Sequence record: SRR20825019_2383
Direction: 5' to 3' (one strand)
Length of the DNA: 42,786 nt
Shown in pieces: positions 1-9,528 of the stretch; within the stretch, counting starts at the first letter, position 1, and each line of letters begins with the position of its first letter. A program made the translations under genes and the position numbers. The notes under the pieces are model-generated. The model was not told where the DNA came from, made no database searches, and saw nothing but the letters and a program-made list of their open reading frames with translations.

Positions 1-55
1 GAGCATCGCCCTTACAAGGCGAGGGTCGGGGGTTCGATCCCCTCAGCACCCACCA
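1..55 (+). tRNA. tRNA-Val(TAC), 5' end truncated by the window edge
   Basis: Anticodon arm TCGCC-CTTACAA-GGCGA with anticodon TAC, T-arm GGGGG-TTCGATC-CCCTC, and 3' ACCCACCA ending in an encoded CCA at 53-55. Confidence 0.95.
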
Positions 56-401
56 AGAATTCCTCTAATGCTCAAACCTATCTCTCTCCTTTTGGGCTCA
101 GGCAGCAAAGGCTTTCCCTCTATGCTGCTCATTATTTCCCGTTTTGCATTAGCAGCTTTTCATGTCTGTGATGACTGATTTAGTCATTTCAACTTTTTTG
201 CATGCCTGTCCACCTCTATCTTGTAACACGATGTTCAGTGGATTTGTTGATTCCAGCCAAGCATACAGAGATTAATGCATGGTCCCGGCAGGTAGTTAAA
301 ACTCAATAATTTGTTTGTTAAGCTTGAACTGAGAATCAACTTCTCTTAGACATTACTCTCTGTTTTTAGATGAAAAAATAAGGACAAAGGAGGGATAAAA
401 A

Positions 402-1304
402 ATGAATACTGCTCAGGATTGCTATCCATCCCGAGTAGGAAAGAAAGAGGAAATTCTGGAGCGACTGGACCCGGTCGTTTATGACTATGATGATACGACC
501 AGTCCCTATACTTTGAACCAGAATCAGTTAAAACAATTTGAACAAAATGGATTCATCACTCTGCCCGATTGTATGCCGGAAATGGTTGAGCCTCTGCTGA
601 GAGAAATCAGCAACATGAAACAGCAAATGGCCGGTCGCAAAGAACTGGTTACCGAACCCGACAGTCATGAACTCAGGAGTATGTTTGCCCTGCATCAACA
701 TAGTGAGATGATGGATAGATTCTCCCGTGACCGGCGAATCCTCGACATTGTTAAGCAACTGCTGGGCTCCGATGCCTATCTGATGCAGTCTCGTCTCAAC
801 ATCAAACCGGCCTTTAAGGGAAAATCCTTTTCCTGGCATTCAGACTTTGAAACATGGCACGTTGAGGACGGCATGCCCCGCATGCGTGCCGTTACTGTAT
901 GGCTGATGCTTGATGAGAATAACGAATTCAATGGTCCGCTTTACGTCGTACCGGGCTCACATAAAAAGTATGTGTCCTGCCAGGGTACAACCGAACTGAA
1001 TAACCATAAGAAATCGCTCAAGAAACAAGTCGCCGGTGTGCCTGAACCGGAAAGCATTAAGCAGATTCTGAAAGATAATGGCCTGGTTTCAATCAAAGGC
1101 AAACCGGGCACCCTGGTGATTCATGAATGTAATCTTTTGCATGGCTCGCCGGATAACCTTTCACCGTGGCCGCGATCTGTGCTGATGTTTGTCTATAACA
1201 GCGTGGAAAACAAAGTCACCGAACCCTACAGCGGGCTGAAGCCACGCCCTGAATACCTTTCAAGTTCGGATCAGACGCCGCTTAACCCTGTCGATAATAA
1301 CTAG
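402..1304 (+). CDS. ectD: Ectoine hydroxylase (Fe(II)/2-oxoglutarate dioxygenase)
   Basis: Exact EctD signature FSWHSDFETWHVEDGMP, distal His in NLLHGS, N-terminal YPSR...RLDPVV, strong RBS AAGGAGG. Confidence 0.93.
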   Translation: MNTAQDCYPSRVGKKEEILERLDPVVYDYDDTTSPYTLNQNQLKQFEQNGFITLPDCMPEMVEPLLREISNMKQQMAGRKELVTEPDSHELRSMFALHQHSEMMDRFSRDRRILDIVKQLLGSDAYLMQSRLNIKPAFKGKSFSWHSDFETWHVEDGMPRMRAVTVWLMLDENNEFNGPLYVVPGSHKKYVSCQGTTELNNHKKSLKKQVAGVPEPESIKQILKDNGLVSIKGKPGTLVIHECNLLHGSPDNLSPWPRSVLMFVYNSVENKVTEPYSGLKPRPEYLSSSDQTPLNPVDNN

Positions 1305-1324
1305 TCTGTCGGCGTGAAATTGAA

Positions 1325-1358
1325 ATCAACAAGCCAATGTCTGGGTTGGCTTGTTGAT
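1325..1358. terminator. 13-bp perfect hairpin downstream of ectD
   Basis: ATCAACAAGCCAA-tgtctggg-TTGGCTTGTTGAT, about 20 nt after the ectD stop. No clear U-tract. Confidence 0.55.
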
Positions 1359-1427
1359 GCTGGCCAAGTTTGCCAGCTTATTGGTAAACATTCAAAATGA
1401 CGGCTATTGGTCAGATTCTGGATGCAC

Positions 1428-1763
1428 ATGAAAAACAACGCTAACGCTGTCATGACACTCTATCACTGGAATATTCTCGTTTTGCCCGATGATCAGGAAA
1501 TCTTTGTCGGTTTACGGCAGCGCCCTGAGACCGTGCCACCCTTTAAACCGGCTGATGACGAGGATGAACTGCTGCCATTCACGCTGCGAAACAGCAGCCC
1601 GATTCAGAAGTTTGACCAGTCACGCGGAATCGGCTTTACCGAGTCAGGCCGCCGCTATGTGGTCATCGGTCAGCCCAGTGATCCGACCGGCATGATTCGA
1701 CTGAGTGTCAGTCAGATGATGCCGGCGACAGATATTCAATGGAAATACAGTTTCGCTGAGTAA
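1428..1763 (+). CDS. Hypothetical protein
   Basis: ORF fills the gap between ectD and the SDR. Start uncertain (ATG 1422 or 1428). Globular-looking SSPIQKFD...GFTESGRRY segment. Confidence 0.65.
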   Translation: MKNNANAVMTLYHWNILVLPDDQEIFVGLRQRPETVPPFKPADDEDELLPFTLRNSSPIQKFDQSRGIGFTESGRRYVVIGQPSDPTGMIRLSVSQMMPATDIQWKYSFAE

Positions 1764-1803
1764 GACGACGTGAATTTCACAACCTGCAGCTGACAGTGTC
1801 AGC

Positions 1804-2523
1804 ATGACACACTCAGCTTTGATTATTGGCGGCAGTAGTCATATCGGCCAGGCTATCATCGACCATTTGCTTCAATCAAATCAGCCCCCACAGATGACTG
1901 TTGTCAGTCGGGGCAGCCAACCGCCGGCATACAATCAACAGGCCTGGTATCAGTCAGATTACTCTGAGCACTCAATGGCCGAACTGGTGAGCCTGTTTAT
2001 CGACTCAGGCCAGTGTTTTGATCAGGTTTTTATCTGTCATGGCATTTTGCATGATGATCAGGTCAGCCCGGAAAAACGTCTGGAAGATTTAGATGCAGCA
2101 TCGATGCAACACGTCTTTCAGGTAAATGCCGTCACCCCGGTTCTCTGGCTCAAGCATCTGATGCCGTTATTAAAGCAGTCAGCCCTATGCAAAGTTGCCG
2201 TGTTCAGTGCCCGGGTGGGCAGCATCAGCGACAACCATTTAGGTGGCTGGTACAGCTACCGCGCCAGCAAAGCGGCTTTGAACATGCTGCTCAAATCTGC
2301 TGCAATTGAATATGCCCGGCGTGCACCGGGAGTAAAAATACTGGCTTTTCATCCAGGTTCCACAGATACGCCACTTTCCAGCCCTTATAGCAAAAATGTG
2401 CCAGAGGGCAGACTGTTTCAGCCAGCATTTGTCGCTGCACGATTGCTCGATATTCTCGATTCGCTGGAGCCGGACGGCGAGCTGTCTTTTCTTGACTGGC
2501 AGAATGAAGCCGTTTCCTGGTAA
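1804..2523 (+). CDS. Short-chain dehydrogenase/reductase, CsgA (C-factor)-like
   Basis: GGSSHIG nucleotide-binding motif, SARVGSISDNHLGGWYSYRASKAALN with YxxxK, and HPGSTDT. Confidence 0.9.
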   Translation: MTHSALIIGGSSHIGQAIIDHLLQSNQPPQMTVVSRGSQPPAYNQQAWYQSDYSEHSMAELVSLFIDSGQCFDQVFICHGILHDDQVSPEKRLEDLDAASMQHVFQVNAVTPVLWLKHLMPLLKQSALCKVAVFSARVGSISDNHLGGWYSYRASKAALNMLLKSAAIEYARRAPGVKILAFHPGSTDTPLSSPYSKNVPEGRLFQPAFVAARLLDILDSLEPDGELSFLDWQNEAVSW

Positions 2524-2525
2524 AC

Positions 2526-3182
2526 CTATTGACCGGTCATTTCGCTGAAGATCTGTTTCATGATGGCCGGATCAACATCCTCTTCCAGAATCGCTGATAC
2601 CTGAAGCAAGCCAATTTGCGCCCTGAGATGTTGCTTTAATGCCGCCCGCTCAAAATATTCTCGGGATTTTTCAAAGTCTGGCCGTTCACCCTCGGTCTGC
2701 ATAATCGACTCTGCCAGGAGGGTCTCTGCCAGCGTATTTTGCTTTGCTGCGGCCTTTTGCAGATAGTGTTCAGACTTTTGCGGATCCCGCTCAACCAGAT
2801 CAGTCACCGGCAGCTGAAAATTCTCGACGTAGTTCTTCATTTTGGGTGACGGCACCATCACCAGATTGGATAAAACCCGTCCCTCACCCTCTTGATTTGG
2901 CAAACTATAGACCAGCCCCATCATTGTCTGTGCATGGACATTGCCCTGCTCTGCCTGTGTGGCAAATTCATTCAAATCATCCTGTTCAAGTTGTTTCACC
3001 AAATCCACGGCAAACTTTTCATAGTGATTCGGATGCGTGTCCGGGTCGATGCCACCACTGGTGAAAAGTTCAATTGCGACCGGGACATTCATCGTTGTAC
3101 CAGGCTCTTCTGCGGTTAATTGCAACGATGCCAGGCTCAGCATAACAGTCAGTAGCGATATCAGTTTTTGTTGAAAAGTCAT
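2526..3182 (-). CDS. Secreted Sel1-like repeat protein
   Basis: Signal peptide; repeats AEQGNVHAQTMMGLVY, YLQKAAAKQNTLAE, YFERAALKQHLRAQ. Confidence 0.7.
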   Translation of the reverse strand: MTFQQKLISLLTVMLSLASLQLTAEEPGTTMNVPVAIELFTSGGIDPDTHPNHYEKFAVDLVKQLEQDDLNEFATQAEQGNVHAQTMMGLVYSLPNQEGEGRVLSNLVMVPSPKMKNYVENFQLPVTDLVERDPQKSEHYLQKAAAKQNTLAETLLAESIMQTEGERPDFEKSREYFERAALKQHLRAQIGLLQVSAILEEDVDPAIMKQIFSEMTGQ

Positions 3183-3351
3183 AAGGCATCTCTTTTAAGT
3201 ACTCTGATTAAGGACAGGTAGCAGCGTAAAAAAGTCCCGCTTTTACACACTATGCTTGCATCGCTGCAACAAGCTCCGGGCTACTTTGGCTATCAGCGCT
3301 TAACATGACACAATTGACACAATCTATTCCGCTGACCGGGAGTACCCTGTC

Positions 3352-4554
3352 ATGCCACATCGACGCGACCGTATTTGCAACTACCTGATGGTCATCGCCT
3401 TGATGCTGTCACTGTCTGCTTGTGGCCTGTTTCTGCCTGATGATGAGGCTACCTGGGTATTAAAGGATCTCGCTGCGGGTGAAGAGGAATCCTACCTGAA
3501 GCAAATCGCCTGCCCGCCTTACCGGGAAGTCGTGACTTATGAAGTCGACGGTGCTCAATACCAGGCTGATTTATATACGCCCGGTAAGGCTCCGCTCGCT
3601 GCCATCGTGTTATCCCCGGGACTGGCTGAGGCCGGAAAGAATGATTCCCGCCTGGTCAGTTTTGCCCATACTCTTGCCCGCGCCCGCTTTATGGTGTTGG
3701 TGCCGGATTTGACCAATCTCCGCCAACTCAAAATAAGGCAGCAAGATGTGCAGGGTTTGATTCATGCCTTCGAATATCTGCGTAGTCAGGCCGGACTGGA
3801 AAAGGACACATCCGCCGGGATCGGTGCATTCAGTTATATGGCAGGTCCTGCCGTGCTGGCCGCACTTGAGCACCCGCAGCCAGAGCAAGTGGCCTTTGTA
3901 TTGTCTGTCGGGGGCTATTATGACCTGCGGCAGGTCATCAGCTATTTCACCACAGGGTACTTCAGCAATAACGGCGAGTGGCAGTATCGGGAGCCCAACC
4001 ATTATGGCAAGTGGGCCTTTGTTATGAGTAATGCGGACTTGCTGGACAAGCAGCAGGACAGAGAAACCCTGTCCCGGATTGCCGAACGCAGACTGGCACA
4101 ACCGGATGCCGACATCGATGATTTACGCAGTCATCTCAGTGTTCAGGCAAAAACTGTTCTGGCGCTGGTTGATAATAAACAACGACAGCGCAGTGATGAA
4201 TTGATAGCGGGACTTCCTGCGCCTATGAAAGCCCAATTGGCGATGTTAAACCTTGCCAATAAAGACTTATCAGCACTCAAAGCTGAGCTGGTACTGGTTC
4301 ATGGCACGGATGACAGCATTATTCCCTACACCCAAAGTCAGGCGCTGGACACTGCCTTGCCTGATAGTCAGGCTCAATTATTCCTGATCGATGGCCTGGC
4401 ACACGTCGACTTACAGCCCTTACAGTTGGATCAAAAGGCGGCCCGGCGCGCTATCCATACCCTACTCTCGTTCAGAAAACCGGTCGAGCAGCCTTCCTCA
4501 AGCTGTTCTGAAAATACGCTGACCGATAACCCAGAGGGGGCTCAGTCAAACTGA
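3352..4554 (+). CDS. Alpha/beta-hydrolase-fold lipoprotein
   Basis: Lipobox LSAC, nucleophile-elbow-like AFSYMAG, LVHGTDDSIIP, and late His in GLAHVD. Confidence 0.75.
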   Translation: MPHRRDRICNYLMVIALMLSLSACGLFLPDDEATWVLKDLAAGEEESYLKQIACPPYREVVTYEVDGAQYQADLYTPGKAPLAAIVLSPGLAEAGKNDSRLVSFAHTLARARFMVLVPDLTNLRQLKIRQQDVQGLIHAFEYLRSQAGLEKDTSAGIGAFSYMAGPAVLAALEHPQPEQVAFVLSVGGYYDLRQVISYFTTGYFSNNGEWQYREPNHYGKWAFVMSNADLLDKQQDRETLSRIAERRLAQPDADIDDLRSHLSVQAKTVLALVDNKQRQRSDELIAGLPAPMKAQLAMLNLANKDLSALKAELVLVHGTDDSIIPYTQSQALDTALPDSQAQLFLIDGLAHVDLQPLQLDQKAARRAIHTLLSFRKPVEQPSSSCSENTLTDNPEGAQSN

Positions 4555-4559
4555 AGCGG

Positions 4560-5924
4560 TTATTTAAGTTCATTATCGAGGATATGCTGGTACTCTCTGA
4601 TTCGCTGTACATAACGCACCGGCTCTGTTCCCCTGGCGTAACCATATTTCAGATTTTTATAGTATTTTTTCTTGGTCAGTAATGGCAGCACCTGCTTCAT
4701 GTCATGCCAGACGTGGGGATTAAGGTCCAGTTGTCGGGCCAGGGACTGGGCATCATGCATATGACCTCTGCCGATATTGTAAGCAGCCAATCCCAGGTAG
4801 AGTCTGTCCTGATCTGTCACCTCATCTTCAAAGCGGCCCATCATTCGCCTCAGATAGCTGGCACCGCCCATGATGCTCTGCTTGGCGTCTGTCCTCTCAA
4901 CCACATCCATCGCTTCAGCCGTATTCTTGGTCAGCATCATAATGCCTTTCACTCCCGTAGGTGATACGGCATCCGGATCCCAATGTGATTCCTGGTAGGC
5001 CTGTGCAATAAGTGTGGTAAGCGGTAGATCATAGCGCTCAGCCGCAACCCGGAAAAACTTTTTATAACGCGGCAAACGCTTGTCAATTCGACGTTTCAGC
5101 ACACTCACATCAACATAATCGAATTCTCTGAAATAACCATAGTAGCGATCTTCCAGTCTGGCCAGCCGAGCGCTTTTTTCAAACTGATTGAACCAGGCTT
5201 CAAGCTCAGTCTGAAGCGCATCAGCACCGGCAGGCAGGTAGAGTGCGATGGGCTGAGACTCGGTTATTTGCATCATCACTCTGAGTTCAGGAAAATAACG
5301 CCGGTTGATTTGCACGATGGTGGAATCGGCTACGGTGCAATCCACTTTTTTCTCAGCTACCTGCTCCAGTAACTCTTCGGTGGAAAACCTGTCGGTTTCC
5401 TGCCACGCAAGTGCAGTGTTTTTGTTCTGTTTGATTTCAGTCAGTCGTTCAGCGTAGCTACTGTCAGCAACAACACGAATGCTGACCTCGGAAAGTTCAT
5501 CATAACCTTCCGGGTTGAAGCCATCGCGATGACAGACTAAAACCTGGTGAACACGGTCATAAGCCGGGCCCACCAGAAACCTTTCTTTTCTGGAATTCAA
5601 TACTGTCAGCCCGGCTGCGGCAATATCCGCCTTACCCGTACTCAAGGCATTGAACACATCGCCAATGCTGTCTTCAACGATGAACTCCGGTTCCAGACCT
5701 AAATACTCACTGTAGATGCGCCCTAAATCATACTCAAAGCCGGTCGGTTGGCCATCGGCATTGATATACCAGGTTGTGGGCGCATTACGAGTGACAATAA
5801 GGAGTTTTCCGGCGCTTTTAATCTCTTCGAAAGTTCTGTGCTGTTCATTTAGCGGCGACTCATCACACCCAGCGAGCAAGACGCTGAAAACAAATAGCCA
5901 CCTCAGCAGTTTAAATTGGTACAT
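4560..5924 (-). CDS. mltF: Membrane-bound lytic murein transglycosylase F
   Basis: Lipobox LAGC, SBP-like domain (GFEYDL, ADIAAAGLT), SLT motifs YQESHW, GIMMLT, AAYNIG, and KYGYARG. Confidence 0.93.
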   Translation of the reverse strand: MYQFKLLRWLFVFSVLLAGCDESPLNEQHRTFEEIKSAGKLLIVTRNAPTTWYINADGQPTGFEYDLGRIYSEYLGLEPEFIVEDSIGDVFNALSTGKADIAAAGLTVLNSRKERFLVGPAYDRVHQVLVCHRDGFNPEGYDELSEVSIRVVADSSYAERLTEIKQNKNTALAWQETDRFSTEELLEQVAEKKVDCTVADSTIVQINRRYFPELRVMMQITESQPIALYLPAGADALQTELEAWFNQFEKSARLARLEDRYYGYFREFDYVDVSVLKRRIDKRLPRYKKFFRVAAERYDLPLTTLIAQAYQESHWDPDAVSPTGVKGIMMLTKNTAEAMDVVERTDAKQSIMGGASYLRRMMGRFEDEVTDQDRLYLGLAAYNIGRGHMHDAQSLARQLDLNPHVWHDMKQVLPLLTKKKYYKNLKYGYARGTEPVRYVQRIREYQHILDNELK

Positions 5925-6121
5925 TCTTTCAACATGCCATTATTAAACTGGAATTACCAATGACAAAAAAAGTTTAATCAACAATAGATAACGCTAAGCT
6001 CGCTTGAGAGGGGCTTATCGAAACATCATCCTTGCCCGCCTGTTTCTGTGACACGGATTGCCGATAACTTTATTGCGCGCTACTGTTTCTAAATGAAATT
6101 CCCAGCAGAAGGTGTTTAACA

Positions 6122-6451
6122 ATGCTGATAAAAACCGCTTTTTTATTACTCAGCTTAAGCATGGTCAATGTGTCAGCCCAACCACTAGAGCGCGGCAATA
6201 TCACCAGTTGCGCCTATCAGGCGGGTACCGCTTATGAAATCCAGCAGATTCGACAGCAAGAGGGTCACAACTGGAAGCAGTTTGAAGCCAACATCATGAA
6301 GATATACAGCGAGTCACAAGGCCGCAGCGATTTGCTCGCCATTGCCGAACGGGTGTTTATCCAGCCGGTAGAAACTGCTGCCGACACCATTCACGATCAG
6401 ATTTTTGATGCCTGTGTGCAGCGGCAGCAGGGAACTGAGCCCCTAACCTGA
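6122..6451 (+). CDS. Small exported hypothetical protein with two Cys
   Basis: Signal peptide ending VSA-Q; RBS AAGGTG. Confidence 0.7.
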   Translation: MLIKTAFLLLSLSMVNVSAQPLERGNITSCAYQAGTAYEIQQIRQQEGHNWKQFEANIMKIYSESQGRSDLLAIAERVFIQPVETAADTIHDQIFDACVQRQQGTEPLT

Positions 6452-6475
6452 TCTGCCAGATTAACATTCACCGCC

Positions 6476-8143
6476 CTATTTCAGATGGCCGGCATTGTGA
6501 AGCTTCCGCTCATCCTGTGGCGGTGGCGTCCACTGATATACCCACGTTTCTGTGAGCGGTTGACCATTGACCGCGAGATGTGCTCGCAGATTGATGGGTT
6601 TCGTACTGTTTTCCGGCGGGACCAGATCAAACATCATCCGATAGCCTTCAATGGCGCTTTGCGGACGTGCCGAAGTAATTTCGACTCTGCCATCAGAACT
6701 GCTAATGACCGCTTCAACCTCAGCATCCTCGGCCAGCATTGATAACCGACCTCCGGCAAAATCAATCACGAAACGTTTGCTGTAATATTCTCGTTTTTTG
6801 CCGATAACACCGCCCAATCCCGTGAAAGTATCTACCACTTTTGCCAGTGACGCTTTTGTCGGCGGATTACTGCCCCAGTACATGTTATAGCTGTATAACA
6901 GCTCCTGTCCTGGTTCAACAGGCTTAGCAGGATTCCAGAAGGCCACCACATTATCGAAGGTTTCATCAAGCGTCGGTATCTCGACAAGTTGCACCGCCCC
7001 CTTGCCCCAGTCATTAACTGGTTCTATCCAAAGGCTGGGTCTCAAGTTGTAGAAAACACCGTCATCCTGATAATGGTCAAAATCACGATCCCGCTGCATC
7101 AGACCAAAGCCTTTGGGATTATTGTCTGCAAAGGAATTGAAACTCAATTGTTTCGGGTTCATGAGTGGCCGCCAAATCCACTCATCCCCGCCGGTATGCA
7201 TAAATAAGCCATCAGAGTCATGAATTTCCGGACGCCAATCCCAATTCGCACGACGGCTGTTCTCGCCAATCATATACATACTGGTCAGAGGGGCGATGCC
7301 CAGTCGCTCTATCGGCGTGCGGGGATAAATCGCTGCATCGACTCGACTTTTCAGTACGTCCCCGGGTTGTATTTCGAACCGGTAAGCACCTGACACACTG
7401 GGGGAATCGAGCAGAGCGAATACGATCACCTTATCACTGCCCTGTTGCGGCTTTTGCAACCAGAAATGCGTAAACATCGGAAATTCTTCCGCTTCCGGTA
7501 AGGCAGTATCAACAACCAAACCACGTGCCGACAGCCCGTACTGCATTTCTTTACCCACGGCCCGGAAGTAGCTGGCACCGAGGAAGGAAATAAAATCGCG
7601 CTTCCAGTCATTCTGAAACTGCATTCTAAAGCCGGCGAAGCCGAGATCAGCAGGTAATGCTTCACTGCTTATTTCGGACTTACCGTAGTTGAACATCGAT
7701 GGCGAGTATTCGACGCGTGTCACCACCCCCTCGTCGAGTTCATAAACCTGAACAGGCTTTTCAAAGTAGAGGCCGAGATGGAAAAGCTCCGTTCTGAAAG
7801 CAAGCTCATCATCAGCCCAGAGCGCACTATCTTTATTAAATTGAATCTGCTGGTATTCATCCCAATCCATTCCCTGTAGCGCTTTTGGCAGTGAAGCTTG
7901 CTGGCCTTCATAAGGCTTCTCTGCCAGCGATTTGGCATGGCCTTTCAACCAGGAATAGGAAAAAGGTTCTCCTGACGGGGCTAGAATTTGGTCTTCTGCT
8001 TCTACTCGTAACGAAAGCAGTAAAGACAAGCTGAAGATGAGCACAAGCGAATAAACCCAATGGTAGGTTTTTTTATTCAGGCTCAAAGACTTGCTGTGAT
8101 GAATTGAATTGCTGCTAAGCGTTCGGTTTGCCGGGTAACTCAA
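6476..8143 (-). CDS. opgD: Periplasmic glucan biosynthesis protein, OpgG/OpgD family (OpgD-like)
   Basis: Motifs FLGASYFRA, YGLSARGL, EEFPMF, RPEIHDSDGL, DETFDNVVAFW. Start placed at in-frame TTG 8143 because a GGGAG RBS precedes it; the ORF track extends to 8203. Confidence 0.85.
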   Translation of the reverse strand: MSYPANRTLSSNSIHHSKSLSLNKKTYHWVYSLVLIFSLSLLLSLRVEAEDQILAPSGEPFSYSWLKGHAKSLAEKPYEGQQASLPKALQGMDWDEYQQIQFNKDSALWADDELAFRTELFHLGLYFEKPVQVYELDEGVVTRVEYSPSMFNYGKSEISSEALPADLGFAGFRMQFQNDWKRDFISFLGASYFRAVGKEMQYGLSARGLVVDTALPEAEEFPMFTHFWLQKPQQGSDKVIVFALLDSPSVSGAYRFEIQPGDVLKSRVDAAIYPRTPIERLGIAPLTSMYMIGENSRRANWDWRPEIHDSDGLFMHTGGDEWIWRPLMNPKQLSFNSFADNNPKGFGLMQRDRDFDHYQDDGVFYNLRPSLWIEPVNDWGKGAVQLVEIPTLDETFDNVVAFWNPAKPVEPGQELLYSYNMYWGSNPPTKASLAKVVDTFTGLGGVIGKKREYYSKRFVIDFAGGRLSMLAEDAEVEAVISSSDGRVEITSARPQSAIEGYRMMFDLVPPENSTKPINLRAHLAVNGQPLTETWVYQWTPPPQDERKLHNAGHLK

Positions 8144-8425
8144 ATCTGCTCTCCCTAAACATTGGCGGACGCCTCCCTGCGCGAAACGCTGATGAAGCGT
8201 CAATGTCCGTCAGTCATGATTAAGACTTAATCTTGAGGCGGAGTGATCTAACTGGCCTTCAGTATCGCAAATGTAAAATTCAGAAGATTTGAAATCGCAC
8301 TCAAAATTCACATGTTAACGCTATGGCAGCAGAATCAAAACGAGATGAATACTGGAGTTTGTGATGAAGACCTGCCTGGCAAGCACAACGAATGAGGGTA
8401 TTTCCAATCAGATTAAGGTAGCCAT

Positions 8426-9394
8426 TCAGTTTTTCCCCTGTGCCCGCCGATAATCTGAAAAGTCGACGACCCGGGTATTACGACTGGATGAGAGCGTGAT
8501 TAATTCAGAACATTTGCCGTCACTATGCAGGTTCGTGAGAATAATTTCAGTTTGCTGCAAAAGGTTTTCCACCGGTGTCATCGCTTGTTCAGGCCGAATA
8601 ATCAAACCAGCTAGTAAAAACGAGCAGCCCGGTTCAGTCTCACTGCCATAATCGCGAATGATGGCGCGCTCAATACGTTGCATCAGGTGTTGGTGGCTGT
8701 CTGAATCACTCTCGGCAAAGAACAGAAACTCATCATCTCTGAAGCGTACGATAATATCACTCTGTCTCAGAACCTGAGCCAGTTGTTGCGCCAGCTCAAT
8801 ATAGATTTTGTCATGCACATCGTGCTTGAACTGGCTCTGCTTGTCAGTGTTGAGACGAACATGGCAATGGACCAGCAGTCCCTGATTATGACTTTGCCTG
8901 GACACTCTTGAGAGTGCTGCACTGATAGCCCTGATGCCAGACTGGCGGTTCATGATGCCGGTCACCGTGTCATACTGGAGTTTCTCTTGTAATTTCTGGT
9001 TGGCAACCAGCAGTTCCAGTTGCGTTTTTATCAGGCGTCGACCAAGCTTAAGCTTAGCCTCCATATCAATGCGGTTGATAGGTTTGGAAATAAAGTCATC
9101 CGCACCGGCATTGAGTGCTTCAGCTTCAGCATGACGATCCGTGTTGGCCGTCATGATCAAAATGAAAGGCTCCACCATCAGGTGCATCCGTCTGACATGC
9201 TCACAAAGTTCAATGCCGGTAATTTCAGGCATAAACCAGTCCATGATGATAATGTCAGGCGCCCCGGGCTTTTGCAGAATCTCCAGTGCTTCATCAGCTG
9301 AAGACACAGCAATCGGCCGATAGTCGAGACTTTCTACAATTTTCTGGCAAAGTAAGGAGTCGATTTCTGCATCATCGACAATCAGGACTTTCAT
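8426..9394 (-). CDS. Response regulator receiver fused to a degenerate GGDEF domain
   Basis: REC motifs VDD, IMDWFMP, MTA, FISKP; YDTVTGIMNR; RQSDIIVRFRDDEF in place of RxxDxxxRxGGDEF. Confidence 0.85.
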   Translation of the reverse strand: MKVLIVDDAEIDSLLCQKIVESLDYRPIAVSSADEALEILQKPGAPDIIIMDWFMPEITGIELCEHVRRMHLMVEPFILIMTANTDRHAEAEALNAGADDFISKPINRIDMEAKLKLGRRLIKTQLELLVANQKLQEKLQYDTVTGIMNRQSGIRAISAALSRVSRQSHNQGLLVHCHVRLNTDKQSQFKHDVHDKIYIELAQQLAQVLRQSDIIVRFRDDEFLFFAESDSDSHQHLMQRIERAIIRDYGSETEPGCSFLLAGLIIRPEQAMTPVENLLQQTEIILTNLHSDGKCSELITLSSSRNTRVVDFSDYRRAQGKN

Positions 9395-9528
9395 ATAGTT
9401 TTGATAACTAGTTCACATAATTATCACTATAGTCCTGAATTAACTTAAAAACCAGCATCTTAGCGTTAATGATACAAAGCAGACTGAAATCCTGTCTGCT
9501 TGTGGGATCCTCAAAAAGTCTCTCTCTG

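Noticed and set aside
1-401. Genomic island or prophage integrated at tRNA-Val
   Set aside because: No integrase, and I saw no repeat of the tRNA 3' end in the window.
6060-6067. sigma28 -10 element GCCGATAA upstream of the 6122 gene
   Set aside because: No TAAA -35 at 15-nt spacing.
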